Assembly: GCA_965248445.1 (NCBI GenBank)
Contig: CBDFJG010000004.1
Location: forward strand, 288,001 to 352,000
From: Planctomycetota bacterium
Lineage (GTDB): Bacteria; Planctomycetota; JAJSAM01; JAJVHW01
Length of the DNA stretch: 64,000 bases
Reading direction: 5' to 3'
The notes beneath the pieces were generated by a model. It saw only the letters and a program-made list of their open reading frames with translations. It ran no database searches and had not been told where the DNA came from. The translations under genes and the position numbers were made by a program. This document shows positions 57,341-64,000 of the stretch, in pieces. The stretch's first letter is position 1, and every line of letters begins with the position of its first letter.

Positions 57341-57871
57341 TCACACCGACGCGATGGCGTCGTCCCGGGTGATTGCGAACCCGTCGAGTGTGCCGCCGAG
57401 GTCGTCCTCCGGCGGATGGAACGCCGCGTGCCACGCGAGCGGAAACACGGCGTCCCGTTCGCGTCCGAGCAGTGACAAGTACTCCGCGATCCGCTCGGCG
57501 TCCGGCACCACGACGCCGTGCCAGAGCGGGACCTGACCGCCGGCCGCAACGAGTGTGGGCTCGCGATCGCGCAGCGAGCCATCGTCGTCGGTCGCGTACG
57601 TGAGGTGTCCGGTACACTCGCTCCCGTCCGCGAGCCGAACGACGGTCCGGAGCAGGTACTTGCCATCCGGGAACGCGAGTGAGCCGTCGGGTGTGGCCGC
57701 GGCGGTGTCGAGGGGCATCACCGTCCCGGCGTCCGGTCCCGACAGGTGCCCGTCGGGGCCGGGGAACCACCAGACGCCGCAGGCCTCGAGGTCTGCCGGC
57801 GTCAGCGAGTCCAGTTGCCTCCGTCCCGGGTACGGGTCGTCCGGTTCATGCGGTTCGCATTCGCTGCTCAC
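57341..57871 (-). CDS. Hypothetical protein
   Basis: Globular composition; TAGCCT 6 nt before GTG. Confidence 0.65.
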   Translation of the reverse strand: MSSECEPHEPDDPYPGRRQLDSLTPADLEACGVWWFPGPDGHLSGPDAGTVMPLDTAAATPDGSLAFPDGKYLLRTVVRLADGSECTGHLTYATDDDGSLRDREPTLVAAGGQVPLWHGVVVPDAERIAEYLSLLGRERDAVFPLAWHAAFHPPEDDLGGTLDGFAITRDDAIASV

Positions 57872-57888
57872 CCGCGGAGGCTATCCGG

Positions 57889-58086
57889 TCAGAGCGCGAG
57901 GGCGACGCCGACGGCGAGAGCGATGACCGTCACTGCGATCGCCGCGATGAGCGCCAGGCGAGGGCGCGGGTGCAGCGGAAGCGGGATCACCGGCGGCGGA
58001 GCGTCGACCACGTCATTGTCGTCCAGCCAGGCGACCGGCACCGCGGTGCGCCATGGGGGTGTGCCGGAGGTGGGGCCGCTCTTCAT
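57889..58086 (-). CDS. Small membrane-anchored hypothetical protein
   Basis: C-terminal hydrophobic helix. Confidence 0.5.
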   Translation of the reverse strand: MKSGPTSGTPPWRTAVPVAWLDDNDVVDAPPPVIPLPLHPRPRLALIAAIAVTVIALAVGVALAL

Positions 58087-58315
58087 AGCTCGCTCGATGC
58101 TTGTAGATCGGGCTCGCCTGCGAGGCAGTGAAGAGGTCTTCGTGAAGATCTTGCGGGCCGCCGGGGTCTGCGTGCGCCGCGAGCCTCCGCGTGCGTGGGG
58201 GCACGCTGCTCGGCAATGCGCTCGAGCCGTGGACGGGCGAGCGCGGCAAGGTGGCGGTCCTCATCACGCTGCGTGACGCCTGTTCGTCGTCCCGGTCAGC
58301 CTCGCACCGCCCGTC

Positions 58316-59470
58316 CTACGGGAAGCTGGTCGTTCCGAACTTGTTGTTCTCGAACGTGTTCGCGTCTTCGGCGACGTCGCTCAGCAGGTCGAAGCCACCG
58401 CTGCCGCTGACCTTGTTCTTGCGGAACGTGTTGCCTCCCTGGAGCACGAACATCCCCGTGGCGGGGCTGTTCTTCACGACGTTCTTCTCGTACAGACCGC
58501 TGTCCGACCGCGCTGCCAGGCCGTTGCTGCCCGCGTTGCTGATCTTGTTGCGCGTGACCGTCGAGTTGGGCGCGTTGTCGACAATGCCACCGAACGCCAC
58601 GTCCCTGACGACGTTGCGCGTGACGTCCACGCCCGTGGCCACCGGCGAGACGAAGATCCCGACGGCCTCGCTGTCGAACACCCGGTTCTTGCTCACGACG
58701 ACGTCCGTCGAGAGCACCGAGATGCCGCCGGAGAGGCCCGTACGGACGACGCGGTTCTTGGCGATGACGGCGCCGCTGCCGTTGGCACGGACGCCGAACT
58801 CACAGTCGTTCATGCGATTCCGTTCGCAGCGAGCCCCGGGCGCCGCAATGAACACGGCGCGCGACGTGGTGCCCTCGAAGCGGTTCTTGCTGACCACGAT
58901 GTCGCTGCCGCCGCCGGTCGAAACGCCGTCGCGCAGCCCTGGAGTGAAGCGGGACTTCGTGACCGAGAGGCTGTCGGAGGAGAACCCGCTGATCCCCACG
59001 CGCCCGGCGTCGACCGCCGACGCGCCGCCGATGCTGCACTTCGTGACGACTCCGTCGTTCGAGTTGTCGAACCGGATGCCTGTGCCGGCCGGATTGGTGA
59101 CGGTGCACTTGCTGACAGTTGCGTTGGCGGACTCTTCGATCAGGATGCTGTCGCCCTGGCCTTCGACGACCACGAGTCCCGAGATGGAGATGTTCGGGCA
59201 ATCACCGGCCACGACCTGCACGTCGGTCGAGCCGTCCCCGATCTGTGGCTTGCCCTTCCCGACGACCTTGATGTCCGCGAGACCACTGATCACCAGCCGC
59301 TCAGGGTAGGTGCCCTTCTTGATCACCAGCTTGTCGCCGGCCGCGAGTTGCGACACGGCGTCCGCGAGGGGCGTCCCCGCGCCCGGCTCGACCGTCACCG
59401 TCGCGGCCTCGGCGACACCGGAGAGAGCGATCCAGAACGCGATGGAGAACGACCAGACCCGGCTATGCAT
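58316..59470 (-). CDS. Secreted right-handed parallel beta-helix repeat protein
   Basis: Signal peptide AEA-AT, PGxY-like GTYPE, repeated GI.V...N.V..N. Confidence 0.85.
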   Translation of the reverse strand: MHSRVWSFSIAFWIALSGVAEAATVTVEPGAGTPLADAVSQLAAGDKLVIKKGTYPERLVISGLADIKVVGKGKPQIGDGSTDVQVVAGDCPNISISGLVVVEGQGDSILIEESANATVSKCTVTNPAGTGIRFDNSNDGVVTKCSIGGASAVDAGRVGISGFSSDSLSVTKSRFTPGLRDGVSTGGGSDIVVSKNRFEGTTSRAVFIAAPGARCERNRMNDCEFGVRANGSGAVIAKNRVVRTGLSGGISVLSTDVVVSKNRVFDSEAVGIFVSPVATGVDVTRNVVRDVAFGGIVDNAPNSTVTRNKISNAGSNGLAARSDSGLYEKNVVKNSPATGMFVLQGGNTFRKNKVSGSGGFDLLSDVAEDANTFENNKFGTTSFP

Positions 59471-59515
59471 GCAGTTGCCTCCCTATCGAGCAGCTCTCGG
59501 CGTGGAACCCCGTCG

Positions 59516-60121
59516 CTATTCGTCGGCGACCACTCGGTCGGCCTTGTACTTCACCTTGAACTTGCCCTTGATGCGCTGACCGGCGTACTCGCCGGCGCCG
59601 CCGACGACGCCCTCGAACTTGAACGTCACGTTCATGATCAGCTTCTGGGCGTTCTTCTTCGTCTTGATGCTCCCCTTCGGCTTGACCGCGTCGAAGTTGA
59701 TGAACTCGACGGTGACCTTCGGCTTCGCTCGGAGGATCGTGTCGGTGGACGCCTGCCACGTGAGGACCGGGAATGCGTCGGTCAGGTCTTGGATCACGCC
59801 CAGGTACCCGGCCGCCTTGCCCTTCTTGAACGCGGTGTTCAAGTTGTTGTTGTTGAACACCGCCGGGAACGGGAGCGACTCCGCCGGCGCGATGTCCATG
59901 CGAATGCGACTCTGCAGATCCGTGTCGGAACGGATGTTCTCGACCTCGAACGCGTCGACCATCTTGGCGACCGTCTTCCCGCCCTCGTCCAGGATCTTGC
60001 CCTTGATCGAGGTCTGGATCGTCCCGATCCAGTCGCCACCGTCGATGGCGACCGCCTCGCCCGTCAGGCAAGCCATCGCGAACACCGCCACCAGCGTCGT
60101 CTTGATCCACGTCGACTTCAT
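59516..60121 (-). CDS. Secreted hypothetical protein
   Basis: GGAGAGG RBS, signal peptide AVA-ID, Lys-rich beta composition. Confidence 0.7.
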   Translation of the reverse strand: MKSTWIKTTLVAVFAMACLTGEAVAIDGGDWIGTIQTSIKGKILDEGGKTVAKMVDAFEVENIRSDTDLQSRIRMDIAPAESLPFPAVFNNNNLNTAFKKGKAAGYLGVIQDLTDAFPVLTWQASTDTILRAKPKVTVEFINFDAVKPKGSIKTKKNAQKLIMNVTFKFEGVVGGAGEYAGQRIKGKFKVKYKADRVVADE

Positions 60122-60178
60122 TTCTGCCTCTCCACTGATCCCCTGCATCCGCTCCGCCTCCGGAGCCAAGCCGGGAGC

Positions 60179-60907
60179 CTACACGAGAGCGTTCTGAATC
60201 GCAGCGGCGACATCCGACGGCGCGCGGCCGGAGGTGTCGACGACGACGTCCGCTTCCGCGTAGAGCGGTTCGCGGTCGTCGAGGATGTCCCGCAGTTCGG
60301 CCATCGCGTCGTCGCGGTTCTCCATCGGGCGTCGGTCGCCCTGCAGTTCCACGCGGCGCATGTGGTCCTCCGAATCGGCGCGCAACCACACGGTGATGCA
60401 GTCGCGCTGCAACCGGTCGTAGGTGTCGCGGGCGGCGATGAGTCCGCCGCCGGTCGCGAGCACGGCCGGGCGGCCCTCGGACAGGAACTCCTCGAGTGCT
60501 TCGGCCTCGTGGCGGCGGTACAGCCGTTCACCGTGGACCGAGAAAATGTCGTAGAGCGAGAGGCCCGCGCGCTCCTCGATCAGCGCGTCGAGTTCGACGA
60601 ACGTCACGTCGAGCGCCTTGGCCAGCAGCGGACCCACGGTGCTCTTGCCCGCGCCGCGCAGGCCGAGCAGCGCAACGGTGCGCGCCCGTCCGGGCGCCAG
60701 GAGGTCCGCGGCGGTGGCGCCCAGCGCACGCGCGACGCGAGCGAGCTTCACGACGGAGATGTTCGCGCGGCCACCCTCCACGTCGCCCAGGAAGCGGGCC
60801 GACAGGCCGCTCTTGCCCGCAAGCGCCTCGCGGCTCCAGCCACGGGAGTTGCGGCGGGTGCGGACGTTCCGTCCGAGGGCGTGGAGAAGAGGGTCGGGCG
60901 GGCTCAC
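60179..60907 (-). CDS. boxR: BzdR/BoxR-type regulator (XRE HTH + shikimate-kinase-like domain)
   Basis: LGRNVR..SGLSARFL..EGGRANIS; ALLGLRGAGKST; divergent from boxC. Confidence 0.88.
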   Translation of the reverse strand: MSPPDPLLHALGRNVRTRRNSRGWSREALAGKSGLSARFLGDVEGGRANISVVKLARVARALGATAADLLAPGRARTVALLGLRGAGKSTVGPLLAKALDVTFVELDALIEERAGLSLYDIFSVHGERLYRRHEAEALEEFLSEGRPAVLATGGGLIAARDTYDRLQRDCITVWLRADSEDHMRRVELQGDRRPMENRDDAMAELRDILDDREPLYAEADVVVDTSGRAPSDVAAAIQNALV

Positions 60908-60960
60908 ATGGGAACTATACTTCCGATGTGATGGCGAGCAACGGCAATATACTGCTTGCT
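60905..60960. promoter_or_regulatory. Two putative BoxR operators
   Basis: GGAA-CTATAC-TTCC within CACAT...ATGTG, and GGCA-ATATAC-TGCT within AGCAA...TTGCT. Confidence 0.55.
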
Positions 60961-61051
60961 CCGCGCCGCTCCCTGACCTACGCTCAGGGACTCAGGTCCG
61001 CGCGGCTGGTCCCGCGCCCTCTTCCGACCCCCTTTCGTCCGGGAGGCCCCG

Positions 61052-62755
<1,704 letters not shown>

Positions 62756-62782
62756 GACCAACAAGACCAACAGGAGCACGCC

Positions 62783-64000
<1,218 letters not shown>

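Overview
A high-GC bacterial chromosomal segment. The gene repertoire suggests Planctomycetota (HEAT-repeat, HEAT-vWA and FGE-sulfatase proteins, DUF1844 beside pyrG, FliA/WhiG paralogues); this assignment is inferred. 1-5.8 kb: decayed prophage or integrative-element remnant with a 3' half of tRNA-Pro(CGG), an IS1380, a truncated DnaB N-domain, a truncated DUF5131/gp37-gp68 gene, small Cys-rich ORFs and an SNF2 helicase. 5.8-47 kb: mostly core genes, including YciI + ECF42 sigma, mce-pccB-biotin carboxylase-BCCP, rluD, kdsB-pyrG-DUF1844, two convergent sigma-28 genes, kdsA, an FG-GAP/IPT surface protein, and a tetraheme cytochrome-HEAT/PDZ-murQ-anmK-nagZ operon. 47.5-50 kb: tRNA-Thr(CGT), then an IS66 (ISBst12-type) with no target duplication that cuts a third sigma-28 gene; that gene lies downstream of a c-di-GMP-I riboswitch. 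50-64 kb: ECF/ZAS anti-sigma module, spermidine-synthase-like fusion, cyclophilin, secreted proteins and boxR/boxC/boxB. Non-coding structure read directly from the sequence: a 275-bp MITE with CTAG duplication at the kdsA stop codon, a three-copy structured REP-like repeat with compensatory base changes, operator-like palindromes, and a recurring leaderless-mRNA signature. The best candidate for a new system is c-di-GMP riboswitch control of one of three sigma-28 paralogues that have no flagellar genes in this window.
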